From: a virus
Length of the DNA stretch: 64,000 nucleotides
Virus record (IMG/VR): IMGVR_UViG_3300025872_000001
Reading direction: 5' to 3' (one strand)
Below the pieces are notes generated by a model that was not told where the DNA came from, ran no database searches, and saw nothing but the letters and a program-made list of their open reading frames with translations. Both the position numbers and the translations under genes were made by a program. This document shows, piece after piece, positions 23,932-35,282 of the stretch. Numbering within the stretch: position 1 is the first letter of the stretch; the number at the start of each line of letters is the position of its first letter.

Positions 23932-25071
23932 ATGAAAATCACATTAAAGCGCACCCCAGAACAGATTGAGCTTATCAAAGCAATGGCTAGCCGCAATCGC
24001 ACTGTTGCTTATGATGCTCAAGTCGCACTCGCTGAGTTCATCGGACCCGTTCTCGCAGAGGTTATCAACAATGCTCCCACACTGAGCAACTTGTTCACAA
24101 GCCTCTCCTATAACGCTGATGATAATCCCAGCATTCCTCTTGACCTGTACTACGACGTAACTGACGAGGACTACATCACTGTATACTCGCAGTCCGTAGC
24201 TGGTGGTCTTCCCACCAATCAGGTTCTTCCCACAGTCTCAGAGATGAAGCTGACAACTTATTCGTTGGACAGCGCCCTCTCCTTTGACCGCCGTTACGCT
24301 GCCAAGCATCGTATGGATGTCGTCGCCAAAACCTTCACCCGTATGGCTCAGGAAATCCTGCTCAAGCAGGAGCGCACCTCTGCCACACTGGCAATGACTG
24401 CTCTGGCTAACGCCTCCACAAACGGTAAGAAACATATCCAGCGCTCAAATACCTCTGGACGTTTCCTTCTTGCCGATTTGAACGAACTGCTCACACTCGC
24501 AAAGCGCATTAACACATCATGGGCCAAAGGCACACCCGCTACTGGTTCGCGTGTTGGTGTAACTGATCTTCTGGTTTCTCCAGAGATTGTTGAGCAGATT
24601 CGCGCTATGGCTTATAACCCCATCAACACTGTTGCTGGAGTTACAGCTTCTGGCGGCACAGGCTCAACAGTTGGTATCACCGCTACTGATGAGATGCGCA
24701 GCGCCATTTATGGTGCCGCTGGCATTCCCAGCTTCTACGGTGTTTCCATCCTTGAGTTCAGCGAGCTTGGAAAAGGTCAGAAATTCAACACAATCTTCGG
24801 CACAGCCGCTGGCGCTACAGCTTACACAAAAGCTGATGGCACAGGCTCTAACGGTTTCACCGCCGCTTCTGAAGAAATCATCGTAGGTATTGATCGCACT
24901 CGCGATTCACTCCTCCGTGTTGTAGCAACTGATCCAGATTCCAATTCGGAATTCTCGCTGGTCGCTGATGATCAATACAGCATCCGTCAGAACAAGATTG
25001 GCTACTTCGGCTCCCTTGAGGAAGGTCGCGTAGTTCTTGATGTTCGCGCTCTGCTCGGCAAGATCGTCTAA
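23932..25071 (+). CDS. major capsid protein
   Basis: 379 aa, position, C-ending codon bias, strong terminator after it. Confidence 0.8.
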   Translation: MKITLKRTPEQIELIKAMASRNRTVAYDAQVALAEFIGPVLAEVINNAPTLSNLFTSLSYNADDNPSIPLDLYYDVTDEDYITVYSQSVAGGLPTNQVLPTVSEMKLTTYSLDSALSFDRRYAAKHRMDVVAKTFTRMAQEILLKQERTSATLAMTALANASTNGKKHIQRSNTSGRFLLADLNELLTLAKRINTSWAKGTPATGSRVGVTDLLVSPEIVEQIRAMAYNPINTVAGVTASGGTGSTVGITATDEMRSAIYGAAGIPSFYGVSILEFSELGKGQKFNTIFGTAAGATAYTKADGTGSNGFTAASEEIIVGIDRTRDSLLRVVATDPDSNSEFSLVADDQYSIRQNKIGYFGSLEEGRVVLDVRALLGKIV

Positions 25072-25087
25072 GGTTTAAAAACCTGTT

Positions 25088-25118
25088 AAAAACCCGCCTC
25101 GAAAGGGGCGGGTTTTTT
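25088..25118 (+). terminator. intrinsic terminator (possibly bidirectional)
   Basis: AAAAACCCGCCTC-GAAA-GGGGCGGGTTTTTT. Confidence 0.9.
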
Positions 25119-25166
25119 ATTTCATTTAAATCATTGAAATGTGTAAATGTTACGATAGTATTTAGT

Positions 25167-25562
25167 ATGGAAATCTCAACTGGACAGTCTACTGAAGTCA
25201 GCAAAGCTAGTCTGTTAGATCAGCTTAATTCTATCGCGGATAAAAATTCATCCGAATATCGCTCAAAAGTAAGAGAGTTAGAAGTAGTTCTTGGCATTAA
25301 AGAAGTTAATATTTTTGGCACAGCTAATCGTAAAATTTTTGAAGAAGATATTGATAATATGTCGCAGTTACAGTTGCAAGATTTTGCACGAAAACTCAAG
25401 ATAGATGGGTCAGGCACTATGGCCGCTATCAAAACCCGTCTTTTACGTCAATTTGATACTCAGAATGTGCAGTCCAGAGGATATTTCTCCCCTCAACCAC
25501 AACAAAAAGAGATGTTCTCAAAAGAGCAAAAAGAAAAGCTCACTAAAATTTTAAATGGCTAA
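25167..25562 (+). CDS. hypothetical protein with SAP/Rho-N-like motif
   Basis: MSQLQLQDFARKLKIDGSGTMAAIKTRL; start after GTGTAAA at 25141. Confidence 0.55.
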   Translation: MEISTGQSTEVSKASLLDQLNSIADKNSSEYRSKVRELEVVLGIKEVNIFGTANRKIFEEDIDNMSQLQLQDFARKLKIDGSGTMAAIKTRLLRQFDTQNVQSRGYFSPQPQQKEMFSKEQKEKLTKILNG

Positions 25563-26049
25563 TTTATTTCAAGTCGCAAGTGGCATTTTTTTCTACGAAT
25601 TTGACGCTGATACCTCAGAGGTAAATCTCAGTTCAATTTCTGGCTGGATGGAGGCTAATCTAGGAGAGTTAAATAATTTAATTTATACTGATCTTAGTGG
25701 CGCAGCGGCAGAATTGACTCAAGAGCAAGCGAATATTTATAAGCATTTATATTTAGGTCATTATTATAAGAAAAAGTCTAGAAATGCCATTAAAGCTGCG
25801 GCTGGTGGATCTGGCAGTGCTATTATTTCGATCCGAGATGAAGATAGTTCCGTAACATTCGTCAATAGCAACGAAATTAGCAAACAATTTCGTCAAATGT
25901 CCAAAGATAATTTTGATGAGCTTAATCGTCTTGTAGCATCTTATAATTCATATCAAGCTGCGCCATTACAGGTTGGTGCGAAAAATATGCTTAATGACGT
26001 ATTAACTTTGACTGGCACAGGATTTTATAATACTTATGTGAGAGGCTAA
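25555..26049 (+). CDS. putative head-tail adaptor
   Basis: Size and position after the MCP; helical; inference. Confidence 0.4.
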   Translation: MANLFQVASGIFFYEFDADTSEVNLSSISGWMEANLGELNNLIYTDLSGAAAELTQEQANIYKHLYLGHYYKKKSRNAIKAAAGGSGSAIISIRDEDSSVTFVNSNEISKQFRQMSKDNFDELNRLVASYNSYQAAPLQVGAKNMLNDVLTLTGTGFYNTYVRG

Positions 26050-26122
26050 AAGCCTAAAATAATTGTTTTTAAGAGCATCTTTACGGTGCGCTTTTTGTGT
26101 AAATTGATTAGTAGCCACCATC

Positions 26123-26464
26123 ATGTCCGCATCAACATATAATCTTTCTATTGAAAGAAATACGGATTTCTCAATAACATTAGTATTAAAAGACAGCAAC
26201 GGTAGTGTAATTGATGTCACTAATGCAACTATAGATGCTGAAATAAAGCAAGATTATTATTTTCCAACAATACAGACTTTTACTGTTACAAAAACTTCTC
26301 CCGCTTCTGGTCAAATTACTCTTTCTTTGACTGCCGCTCAAACTGCTGTTCTTCATCCTGGTCCTTTAAAATATGATGTGCTGGTTAAGTATCAAAATAA
26401 TACCTTTCAAAAAATTATGAAGGGTACGGTATATGTTGATACAAACATAACCACATTATCATAA
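26123..26464 (+). CDS. virion protein, LtfC/BppU-N-like fibre-attachment fold
   Basis: YNLSI...IDVT...GQITLSLTAAQT...YDV pattern. Confidence 0.5.
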   Translation: MSASTYNLSIERNTDFSITLVLKDSNGSVIDVTNATIDAEIKQDYYFPTIQTFTVTKTSPASGQITLSLTAAQTAVLHPGPLKYDVLVKYQNNTFQKIMKGTVYVDTNITTLS

Positions 26465-26465
26465 A

Positions 26466-27185
26466 ATGCCAGACGTAGTAGAAATTATAGTTTCGGGAAT
26501 TCAATCACCAACAGAAGTTATTGTTTCTGGTGCTGAAGGTCCAGTATCTTTAATTGAAACTGATCAATTATTGCATAATTCTTCGCCTGACTTACAAGGT
26601 GGAACGAGTGGAGAGTATTTCCATTTAACAAGTGGCCAATATTCATTTGTTACAGGCCTGTGGGAAGATAAAATTGACCCAAGCAATAATGTAATATTTG
26701 AAAAAAATCTAACTGTAAGCGGAACAGTTTTACAAGGCTCTGGATATAATAATTATCTTACTGGTTTGCGAGTAATGTCAGATGGAAATTTCTCTACTGA
26801 TGGAGACGCTCAAGTTTCAGAGTTTATTTTAAAAAGAGAAACCGCAAACGACTCGCTGCAAGAATTGCAGTTCGCAAATACTACTAAAAAATTGTCTTTG
26901 CCAGATAATTCTTCTTGGTATTTTAAATTAAGAGTTATAGCTAAGGACACTAACAACAATACAGCTATTTTTAATTCAGATGGAGGTATCAAAAAAGGCG
27001 CAAGCGCTGGCTTTACGCAAATAGTAGGAAACTTGCAAACTATCCGTTTTGCAGATGAGATTGGGTGCAGCGGCATAGCTATTTCAGCGGATACTTCCTA
27101 TGGCTACTTAAAAATACAAGTAGCAGGAAAAACCGACACAACTATACGTTGGGTCGGTTATTTAAATTTAACAGAAGTAAGATAA
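26466..27185 (+). CDS. virion structural protein
   Basis: C-terminal domain paralogous to that of 27219-28772 (..LKxQVxG....IxW). Confidence 0.55.
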   Translation: MPDVVEIIVSGIQSPTEVIVSGAEGPVSLIETDQLLHNSSPDLQGGTSGEYFHLTSGQYSFVTGLWEDKIDPSNNVIFEKNLTVSGTVLQGSGYNNYLTGLRVMSDGNFSTDGDAQVSEFILKRETANDSLQELQFANTTKKLSLPDNSSWYFKLRVIAKDTNNNTAIFNSDGGIKKGASAGFTQIVGNLQTIRFADEIGCSGIAISADTSYGYLKIQVAGKTDTTIRWVGYLNLTEVR

Positions 27186-27218
27186 ATCGTGTAAATTATA
27201 TAACCGGAGAAAAATAAA

Positions 27219-28772
27219 ATGGCAATTTATTATACAGGAATACAAATCGGCAATCAAATCAATTTCACTACTGGCGATGCGTCAGTAGTTGCCGCTGATG
27301 TTAAGCAGCACTTTATTGAACAAAGTGTTACTGGTAATACAACTGGAACTGTTCCAAGCAATAAAGCCGTTTTTGATTTTGGCACAGGTCTCTCTGGTTA
27401 TCTTTACGTTAACGCTGGTGGACTATATCAAATTTCAGCATTATCTACTGGAACCGATATTGCCGCAATTAATTTAACAGGTAGAGTAAGCGGCACTTCG
27501 TTCATTGATAGTGTAACAATTTCGGGTGGCGCGGCATTAGATCTTTCAGTTTCAAATGATGCGATTGTACTTTCGCACACTGATACATCAAGCGTTGCAG
27601 ATCTTACAGTAAATGCCCTTGCAGGTTCAGCGATCACAGGAATTGCTTTTACTTATGATACATACGGTCACGTTTTAACTGCTACTGGAACAACAGCCGT
27701 CATTGTTCGTGATCAAATTGCAAGCGGAGTAACAACTACTGCTCCTAGCGAAAATGCCGTTTACGGTCTCTCTGGAATGCTGAGACCTCTTATTGATCAA
27801 GCTCTTGGCAGAGATTTACAAAGCGTAACAAACAGTGGAAATAGCACTACAAATGGAATTAATATTGGCGGCGATCTGGTTGTAAGCGGTAATACAATTC
27901 TTGGTAGTGACGCATCTGATTCAGTAACAGTAAAATCTGGTCCAGTTATTTTGGAAGCAGCAACAAGTTCTGCTGATGCTCTTATTTTTGGTCTTAATGA
28001 TGCGAATAAAGTTTCAGTTTATAAATCAGACCCAACAGTTTTAAGAATTGATGGCGGACTCATTATCACTGGAAATCTTACTGTACAAGGCACAACAACA
28101 ACAATTGACAGTAATACAGTTTCGGTTGGTGATAGTATAGTTCTTCTCAATGGAGATTATACTGGATCTGCTCCTAGTGAAAATGCTGGCGTCGAAGTTG
28201 AGCGTGGAACACAGACTAATACAGCTTTACTATGGAACGAAGGAACTGATCGTTGGACATTTACTAACGACGGTACAGTTTATTATAATATTCCGGTAAC
28301 ATCAGAATTAACTCTTGATGCGACAACCACAAATGGAGCATCAACAGCAAACGACATTACGATTGGAGGATTGACTGTTTCTGGATCTGCTCAGGCAAAA
28401 AGTGATCATCTTGTAGTATATTGCACAACCACAGATAACACTACTACAGAAATGTTTTTAAATGGCACTAATGGTAGAATTACATTAGCTTCAAATTCTG
28501 CCGTATCTTTTAAGGGTCAAATAACAGCTTTTGATCTTGTAAATCAAAAAGCAGCTTCTTGGAATTATGATTGTTTGGTCGCTAATAAGGCTGGAAATTC
28601 TGCAATTGTTGGCTATGCGCATGTGACAAAAATTGGCGATGATTCTAATAATGTTTGGGAAGTTTATGTTGATGCCGATAATACTTTTGATTCCTTAAAA
28701 TTGCAAGTAAAAGGTCAAGCGTCAGCGACTATTAAATGGACAGCAAGTGTAATTAGCACTGTTGTAGTTTAA
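27219..28772 (+). CDS. fibre-like virion protein
   Basis: GNLTVQGTTTTIDS and LQSVTNSGNSTT repeats typical of phage fibres. Confidence 0.6.
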   Translation: MAIYYTGIQIGNQINFTTGDASVVAADVKQHFIEQSVTGNTTGTVPSNKAVFDFGTGLSGYLYVNAGGLYQISALSTGTDIAAINLTGRVSGTSFIDSVTISGGAALDLSVSNDAIVLSHTDTSSVADLTVNALAGSAITGIAFTYDTYGHVLTATGTTAVIVRDQIASGVTTTAPSENAVYGLSGMLRPLIDQALGRDLQSVTNSGNSTTNGINIGGDLVVSGNTILGSDASDSVTVKSGPVILEAATSSADALIFGLNDANKVSVYKSDPTVLRIDGGLIITGNLTVQGTTTTIDSNTVSVGDSIVLLNGDYTGSAPSENAGVEVERGTQTNTALLWNEGTDRWTFTNDGTVYYNIPVTSELTLDATTTNGASTANDITIGGLTVSGSAQAKSDHLVVYCTTTDNTTTEMFLNGTNGRITLASNSAVSFKGQITAFDLVNQKAASWNYDCLVANKAGNSAIVGYAHVTKIGDDSNNVWEVYVDADNTFDSLKLQVKGQASATIKWTASVISTVVV

Positions 28773-28812
28773 TGGTTGAATGACGGATTAAAAAATTTAA
28801 TATAAAAGGAAT

Positions 28813-31800
28813 ATGGGTAAGTATTATCTAGGCACAGGTAATCAACAGATTAATTTCCAAGTCGTTGACTCGACGGGAGTTATAAATGATTTAAATTTAA
28901 GCGGCCTGTATCTAAGTATCACTGGCAAAGCCACCGATGCTGATAAACTAGATAATTACGATAGTTCATTTTTTAGAAACGCGGCAAATTTAACTGGAAC
29001 ATACACAGGATCAGTTAGCGGTAAAGCTGCTGATTCTGAACTTCTTGATGGTCTTGATAGTTCTTATTTTTTAAATGGCGCGAATATTACTGGAACTGTT
29101 GCCTTAAGCGGAACGTTTACAGGTTATTATACTGGCGCATTCAGTGGTACTATCACCCATACTGATTCGATTACATTTCACTCTGGATTAGGAATTAATC
29201 CTGATCCTGCGGAATTAAGTTGGGAAGATGGGGTAGGCACAATGAATCTTGGCCTTAAAGGAGGCAATGTTGATTTGCGTGTTGGCTTACAAAATTATGA
29301 GTATGTAACAAATCGTACTGCATCTACAATTTCAAAAGGTTCAGTTATTTATGTTAGTGGCGCGCAAGGTAATCGCCCATCAATTTCTTTAGCTCTTGGA
29401 GCAGCAGATACTACTTCAGCAAATACATTTGGTTTGGCCGCTGAAGATATCGCTTCGATGGCAGACGGTTATGCTATCACAAATGGCTTGCTCACTAATC
29501 TTAATACAACTGGATTTGCAGAAGGCGCAGCCCTTTATCTTTCACCAACAGTTTCTGGCGCGATCACTTCAACTAAACCACAAGCTCCACAGCATAGTGT
29601 ATTAGTTGGTTTCTGTGTTCGTTCACACCAGAGCGCGGGTGAGATTCTCGTTAAAATTCAAAATGGTCTTGAGATTGATGAGCTTCACGATGTTAGAATA
29701 TTAAACAAGCAAAATAATGATATTATTAGGTATCATGCGCCTTCTGGCGTTTGGTATAATAGCGATACACTGGCGATTAATGGAACTGGCGCGAATTATA
29801 TTTCTGGAGATTTAGGAATTGGTATCGCTTCGCCAAGTGCAAAGCTTCATATTTTTGGCGCAGATAAAAGACAGATTATTACTTCGACAACAGACAATGC
29901 GGCGCTTGTTCTTGGTCAGTGGGACGGCACAACAAATCGCATTGAATCTTCTACAAGAAAACTTTTATTAACATCTTATGCTAATGGAATTTCATTAGGC
30001 ATCAATGGATCTGAAAATGTACACGTTAGCACAAGTGGATATTTAGGAATTGGAACAACAAGTCCATTAACAACATTAAATTTATCTATTTCTGGGGGAA
30101 ACGGTCCGGTATATCAAACATTCACTGATACTACAAACGCATATCATCACGGATATGTTGGGAAAAACGGTGGCGGACTAGTATTTGGATTTTCAAGTCA
30201 AAATGGAAGTTTTTCCACCGATGAAAAGATGCGGATTACAACATCGGGTAATGTTGGTATTGGAACAACCTCTCCTGGATATAAACTTGATATCCAAGGA
30301 GGATCAATTAGAGTTCTTGATGCCGCTGGCCCAGTTATTAATTTATCCGATAATTCAACTAGAAATTGGGACATTGGATTAAACGCTACAACTGACGCTT
30401 TCTATATTAGAGATGTTGTAGCAGCTGTCACCAGAATGACAATTAATACTTCTGGTAGCACGACGTTTGATGGCGAACTCACACTCATTGGTTCAAAATT
30501 GGCCTTTACCGATGACGGAACAAATATTAACGCAACGGTGACGAGTCGAAGACTTCAACTTGTTGCAACTGGAAGTTCTGTTGTAACTGGCTACAATACC
30601 GATTTCTATTTCTCAAATGAGACATCTGTTGCGAAATATAATGGCAATGTTGGTATTGGCATAACAAATCCCACTAACAAATTAGAAATTGCGACAGGAA
30701 ATTCTGCCACAACTGGTATTAGAGTTAGAGACTCTGCTAACGGTGTTTGGACAGATATATACAGAGCAACTATAAAATTTTTTGGTGGGGGAGGAGTTAT
30801 TGATACAAATGATACAACAGATGCAATAGATATAAGACAAGCTGGTAATAGCAGATTATTTATAGCGCAATCAAATTCAACATATAATGGAGTTTCAGTT
30901 GGAGGTTGGGTTGGTATAGGAACAAGCGCACCTTCGCAACGTTTAGAAGTTTTAGGCGATTTAGATATGGCTGGTCTCAAAGTAACGACGACGACTGGCA
31001 GAGGAAGAATAACCGTTGCTTCTCAAACTATATCATATAGTTCATATTTAGAATTAAATAGTGGCGAAAGTCAAATTGCTTTCTTGGATGGAAATTATAA
31101 TTCTAATCGTTTAAGAATCGCTACAAATCGCACTGGTGCATATATTGCATTTGAGACAGACGCGCAAAGTGAAAAAATGCGCATTACCAGTTCTGGCAAT
31201 GTTGGTATAGGAACAACAAGTCCTACATCAAAATTATATGTCAGTGGAGACATTGCTGCAAATGTAGATAATTCGCTTGGTGTTAAACTAAATAGAAGTG
31301 CCACAAATGTTTGGAATGGTATAGGATACTCCACGGCAAATTCAACCAAATGGTTCGTCGGATTGAGAGAAAGCGGGGATGACAATTTAAGATGGTACAA
31401 TTACACCAATACAAGTGAAAAAATGGTTTTAACGGAAGCTGGAAGTCTTGGTATTGGTACTACTACTCCAACTTATAAACTCCATGTTGTAGGAGATGCC
31501 AGAATTGGCACAAATGGACAACGCGTATATTTATTTGATGATGGTAATGCTCATATACATTCTGGTTCTGGGCCACTTTGGTTAAATGCTGAAGATGCAA
31601 GTGGTATATATATTAATAATCAAAACAACGGTAGCGTTTATTTGACTAATGGAACTGGAAGAGTAGGCATCGGAACCACATCAGTATCATATAATCTTGA
31701 AGTAGCTAAAGCGTCAGCTGGAGCAACATTTGCAGTTAATGCTGATATGTCTGCCGCTGGAGAAGCTTCAATTATAGCATTTACTTCAAAACAGTATAAT

Positions 31801-34800
31801 ACTTATTACAAAGCAGCAATCATTGCTTATGATCCACACGGAGGATCTTGGAATCGTCGTGGATTAGCATTTTGTGTTAATAATACAACCGATGGAACAA
31901 GTGCAACATACGCTAGTGATAAAGCTCTTTATATTGCTCCAGATAAAAGTTCAACTTTTTATGGTAATGTTACAATTGGCGGTGATCTAATCATCAACGG
32001 AACCACAACTACTGTAAATTCCACAGTAACCACAATTGATGATCCAATTATCACTTTAGGCGGCGATACCGCCCCAACAACAGATGATAATAAAGATCGT
32101 GGCGTAGAATTTAGATGGCATAATGGAACTGCTGCTAAAGTAGGATTCTTTGGATTTGATGATAGCACTGGATATTTTACTTTTATTCCAGACGCTACGA
32201 ATAGTAGTGAGGTATTTAGCGGAACTCAAGGCGATATTCAAGCCGTTAACTTCCGTGGAACATTAATTGGTTCTCTTAGTAATGCTTTGACAGCTGGATC
32301 TTATTTGACCGGAAGTCCTTCTTCAAGTTATAATGGATCAGTGGCGGTTACATTTGCGGTTGATGCAACATCCGCAAATACTGCAAGTAAAGTTGTAGCG
32401 CGTGATGCATCTGGCAACTTTAGCGCTGGAACAATTACAGCATCTAGCTTTACTGATGGATACAATACATTCACGTTGGCCCAGATTAATAGAAGTGGCG
32501 GCGCAGTAGAACTTCAATATAATAAAAGCGTGGCCGGTGAGAACGTTCATATCTTCGGAAATACTGCAAATCGATGGGTATGGCAAGCTGATACAGGTAA
32601 ATTAGTTCTAGGAACAAATGGCGATACAAATCTTTATAGAAGCGCCGCAGATACGTTAAAGACAGATGATAATTTTGTAACTGCGGGAAATATCGGTATA
32701 GGAACAACGCCATCTTATAAGCTTGATGTTGCTGGTGCAGGAAGTGATCAGATCGGCGTAAGACTCACGCCTGATTATGGAAGGGTAAGATTTAATGGTT
32801 ATGATTTGCTCGGATATGCCGGCTCAAATATTTGGGCAATTAGTAATGGAAGTTATAATCAATTTACTCTTGGAACAAGTTGGAATTGGGATACTTCCTG
32901 CGATTTTACTTATACTCCAGGAACAGTTGGTGCGGTGGGCGGATCTTTGATTATAGGTCAGACAAATAAAAACAGCGCAACGTTTACTCATGGATATACC
33001 GCATTATATACTAATGGTGCTGAAAAAGTAAGAATTAACGCCTCTGGTAATGTTGGTATTGGAACAACTACTCCAAACGCAAAACTTGAAGTTTACGACT
33101 CGACAAATGCCGTAGGTGGAATAAAGATAAATAATCCAAATTCTGGAACTGGTGCTCATTCTTCATTATCTTTTGCGAATAGCAATAGTTCAAATGGCGC
33201 TGGAGTAGTATTATTCGGTGGTAGTTGGACTACATCAAATCTTTATCGCCAAGACGGTATGTATATTTATACAAATCGTAATGGTGGAATGACTCTTGCC
33301 GTTGAAACTGCAAATCCAATATATTTTGCAACTAATAATACTGAAAGGGTGCGTATAGATAGCAGTGGCAACGTTGGTGTCGGAACAACGAGTCCATCTG
33401 TAAAATTACACGTCGTTGGCTCGTCTATATTAGCAAATAATACTTCTATAGATCCAGATGCATATGGAAATACTACTATTGCTGGTAATATTGCTGATGG
33501 AGGCGGATGGGGAGTTGGTGCGGCTATTGGCGGAAACAATGGAACTGGAAAATCTTGGGCTATTGGCGTAAGTGGAGATTTATATTTCGGATATCAGAAT
33601 GGATCTGCTAATGATACAATGCAGACATTTATGCAGGTTGGAACAAACAGAAATCTGTTTTTTGTTCCTGTAAGCGGAAATGTTGGCGTCGGAACTACAA
33701 CACCAACTGCGGCAAAATTACAAATTTCTTCTGGCGGTATTTCAACCCAAGACAGCACAAGAACATTTGCAAGCACAACGTTTAATTCAGCAATAGGCTC
33801 AAGCGATACAAGAACATTAGCATTCAATGGAACTGGCGGTTCATCTGTTTGGTGGTGCGATAGCGGAACTCCAAGTTTTGCAATAGATTCTGCTGGCGGA
33901 ACTACAGGATTTTGGAGATATTCTAGTGGTTGGGTTCAAAGAATGGCTCTTGATGCTAATGGATTTGGAATTAATACAACTTCCCCAGGTGTAAAACTTA
34001 CTACAAGAAGTGGCACAAATTCTCTTCCAGCAACAACTGGAACCGCGCAGGCTGGCGCTGGATTGCGTGTAGAGGGTGGAGATAATGCTGTAATTGACAT
34101 AGGAGCTAATAGCGTTGATACATGGATTCAAGCAACAGATAAATCAGCATTAGATAATTATTATAGATTATTATTAAATCCTCGCGGTGGTAACGTTGGA
34201 ATCGGAGTAACAACAAATCCAGCTTATAAACTTGAAGTTAACGGTTCATTTGCCGCGACTGGAATAACTGTAGCAAAGTCCTCTGGTATCTCGACTATCA
34301 CATTTCCAGCAGGATTTAATGATCCTGGTTATATTCAGCACGAAGAGTCAACAAATAATAACGGCAGAATGAGATTCAGCGTTGGTGATGACAATGACGA
34401 CAACGATTACTTCTCATTCGGTAATACTTCAAGCGGGTTTGTTGAAAGACTGAGAATATCGGCAAACGGAAGATTACTGTTGAACTATGGAATGTGGCAC
34501 CAAAGCTTGGATGGATACAACAGATTCAACTTTACTTCTAATGGCAGAACATACTTTGGCTCTGGAGATGGTTATGAATGGAGAAGTGCTGCCGACAGTG
34601 CGTTGATGGTATTGCTCAATGGTGGAAGTGTTGGTATTGGAACAACTTCTCCAGGAGAAAAACTTCATGTTTCGGGGACTGTTCGAATTGATGGAACAAC
34701 CGATGGATTGAGAATTTTCAAAGACGGTGGAGCATCGGTAACAAGTACTCTATATATTGCTAACGCGGCAAATACTCGGGCATATAATTGGCAGCTAAAT

Positions 34801-35280
34801 GCATCTGGCAATGGATTAGATTTCTTTACATACGACGGAAGCGCTTGGGCATATAAAATAACTTATCTGGCAAATGGTAATGTTGGTATTGGAACTCAAG
34901 CTCCAGCATACAAACTCGAAGTCAACGGATCATTCGCAGCCACAACAAAGAGCTTCGTAATCTCTCACCCCACTAAAGAAGGAAAGAAGTTGCGCTATGG
35001 CTCACTTGAAGGCCCAGAAAATGGCGTTTATATTCGTGGTAAAACAACATCAAAAGTAATTGAACTCCCGGATTACTGGACTAAACTTGTTGATCCAGAG
35101 TCTATTTCTGTTCAACTTACCCCAATTGGCTCCCACCAAAAACTTTACGTTGAGAAGATTGAAGATAATAAAGTATATATTGCCAACGAGAATCTGCTGG
35201 CGAAGAACATTAACTGCTTCTTCTATATCTTAGCTGAACGTGCAGATGTCGAGAAGCTCCAAGTTGAAATAGATGCATAA
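28813..35280 (+). CDS. giant tail fibre 1 (2155 aa)
   Basis: About 16 GNVGIGTTxP-type repeats; C-terminal KSFVIxHP...LEGPE...LPDYW domain. Confidence 0.85.
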   Translation: MGKYYLGTGNQQINFQVVDSTGVINDLNLSGLYLSITGKATDADKLDNYDSSFFRNAANLTGTYTGSVSGKAADSELLDGLDSSYFLNGANITGTVALSGTFTGYYTGAFSGTITHTDSITFHSGLGINPDPAELSWEDGVGTMNLGLKGGNVDLRVGLQNYEYVTNRTASTISKGSVIYVSGAQGNRPSISLALGAADTTSANTFGLAAEDIASMADGYAITNGLLTNLNTTGFAEGAALYLSPTVSGAITSTKPQAPQHSVLVGFCVRSHQSAGEILVKIQNGLEIDELHDVRILNKQNNDIIRYHAPSGVWYNSDTLAINGTGANYISGDLGIGIASPSAKLHIFGADKRQIITSTTDNAALVLGQWDGTTNRIESSTRKLLLTSYANGISLGINGSENVHVSTSGYLGIGTTSPLTTLNLSISGGNGPVYQTFTDTTNAYHHGYVGKNGGGLVFGFSSQNGSFSTDEKMRITTSGNVGIGTTSPGYKLDIQGGSIRVLDAAGPVINLSDNSTRNWDIGLNATTDAFYIRDVVAAVTRMTINTSGSTTFDGELTLIGSKLAFTDDGTNINATVTSRRLQLVATGSSVVTGYNTDFYFSNETSVAKYNGNVGIGITNPTNKLEIATGNSATTGIRVRDSANGVWTDIYRATIKFFGGGGVIDTNDTTDAIDIRQAGNSRLFIAQSNSTYNGVSVGGWVGIGTSAPSQRLEVLGDLDMAGLKVTTTTGRGRITVASQTISYSSYLELNSGESQIAFLDGNYNSNRLRIATNRTGAYIAFETDAQSEKMRITSSGNVGIGTTSPTSKLYVSGDIAANVDNSLGVKLNRSATNVWNGIGYSTANSTKWFVGLRESGDDNLRWYNYTNTSEKMVLTEAGSLGIGTTTPTYKLHVVGDARIGTNGQRVYLFDDGNAHIHSGSGPLWLNAEDASGIYINNQNNGSVYLTNGTGRVGIGTTSVSYNLEVAKASAGATFAVNADMSAAGEASIIAFTSKQYNTYYKAAIIAYDPHGGSWNRRGLAFCVNNTTDGTSATYASDKALYIAPDKSSTFYGNVTIGGDLIINGTTTTVNSTVTTIDDPIITLGGDTAPTTDDNKDRGVEFRWHNGTAAKVGFFGFDDSTGYFTFIPDATNSSEVFSGTQGDIQAVNFRGTLIGSLSNALTAGSYLTGSPSSSYNGSVAVTFAVDATSANTASKVVARDASGNFSAGTITASSFTDGYNTFTLAQINRSGGAVELQYNKSVAGENVHIFGNTANRWVWQADTGKLVLGTNGDTNLYRSAADTLKTDDNFVTAGNIGIGTTPSYKLDVAGAGSDQIGVRLTPDYGRVRFNGYDLLGYAGSNIWAISNGSYNQFTLGTSWNWDTSCDFTYTPGTVGAVGGSLIIGQTNKNSATFTHGYTALYTNGAEKVRINASGNVGIGTTTPNAKLEVYDSTNAVGGIKINNPNSGTGAHSSLSFANSNSSNGAGVVLFGGSWTTSNLYRQDGMYIYTNRNGGMTLAVETANPIYFATNNTERVRIDSSGNVGVGTTSPSVKLHVVGSSILANNTSIDPDAYGNTTIAGNIADGGGWGVGAAIGGNNGTGKSWAIGVSGDLYFGYQNGSANDTMQTFMQVGTNRNLFFVPVSGNVGVGTTTPTAAKLQISSGGISTQDSTRTFASTTFNSAIGSSDTRTLAFNGTGGSSVWWCDSGTPSFAIDSAGGTTGFWRYSSGWVQRMALDANGFGINTTSPGVKLTTRSGTNSLPATTGTAQAGAGLRVEGGDNAVIDIGANSVDTWIQATDKSALDNYYRLLLNPRGGNVGIGVTTNPAYKLEVNGSFAATGITVAKSSGISTITFPAGFNDPGYIQHEESTNNNGRMRFSVGDDNDDNDYFSFGNTSSGFVERLRISANGRLLLNYGMWHQSLDGYNRFNFTSNGRTYFGSGDGYEWRSAADSALMVLLNGGSVGIGTTSPGEKLHVSGTVRIDGTTDGLRIFKDGGASVTSTLYIANAANTRAYNWQLNASGNGLDFFTYDGSAWAYKITYLANGNVGIGTQAPAYKLEVNGSFAATTKSFVISHPTKEGKKLRYGSLEGPENGVYIRGKTTSKVIELPDYWTKLVDPESISVQLTPIGSHQKLYVEKIEDNKVYIANENLLAKNINCFFYILAERADVEKLQVEIDA

Positions 35281-35282
35281 CA

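Noticed and set aside
17821-25071. Inteins or introns in TerL, portal or MCP
   Set aside because: Frames are continuous with ordinary sizes and no splicing motifs.
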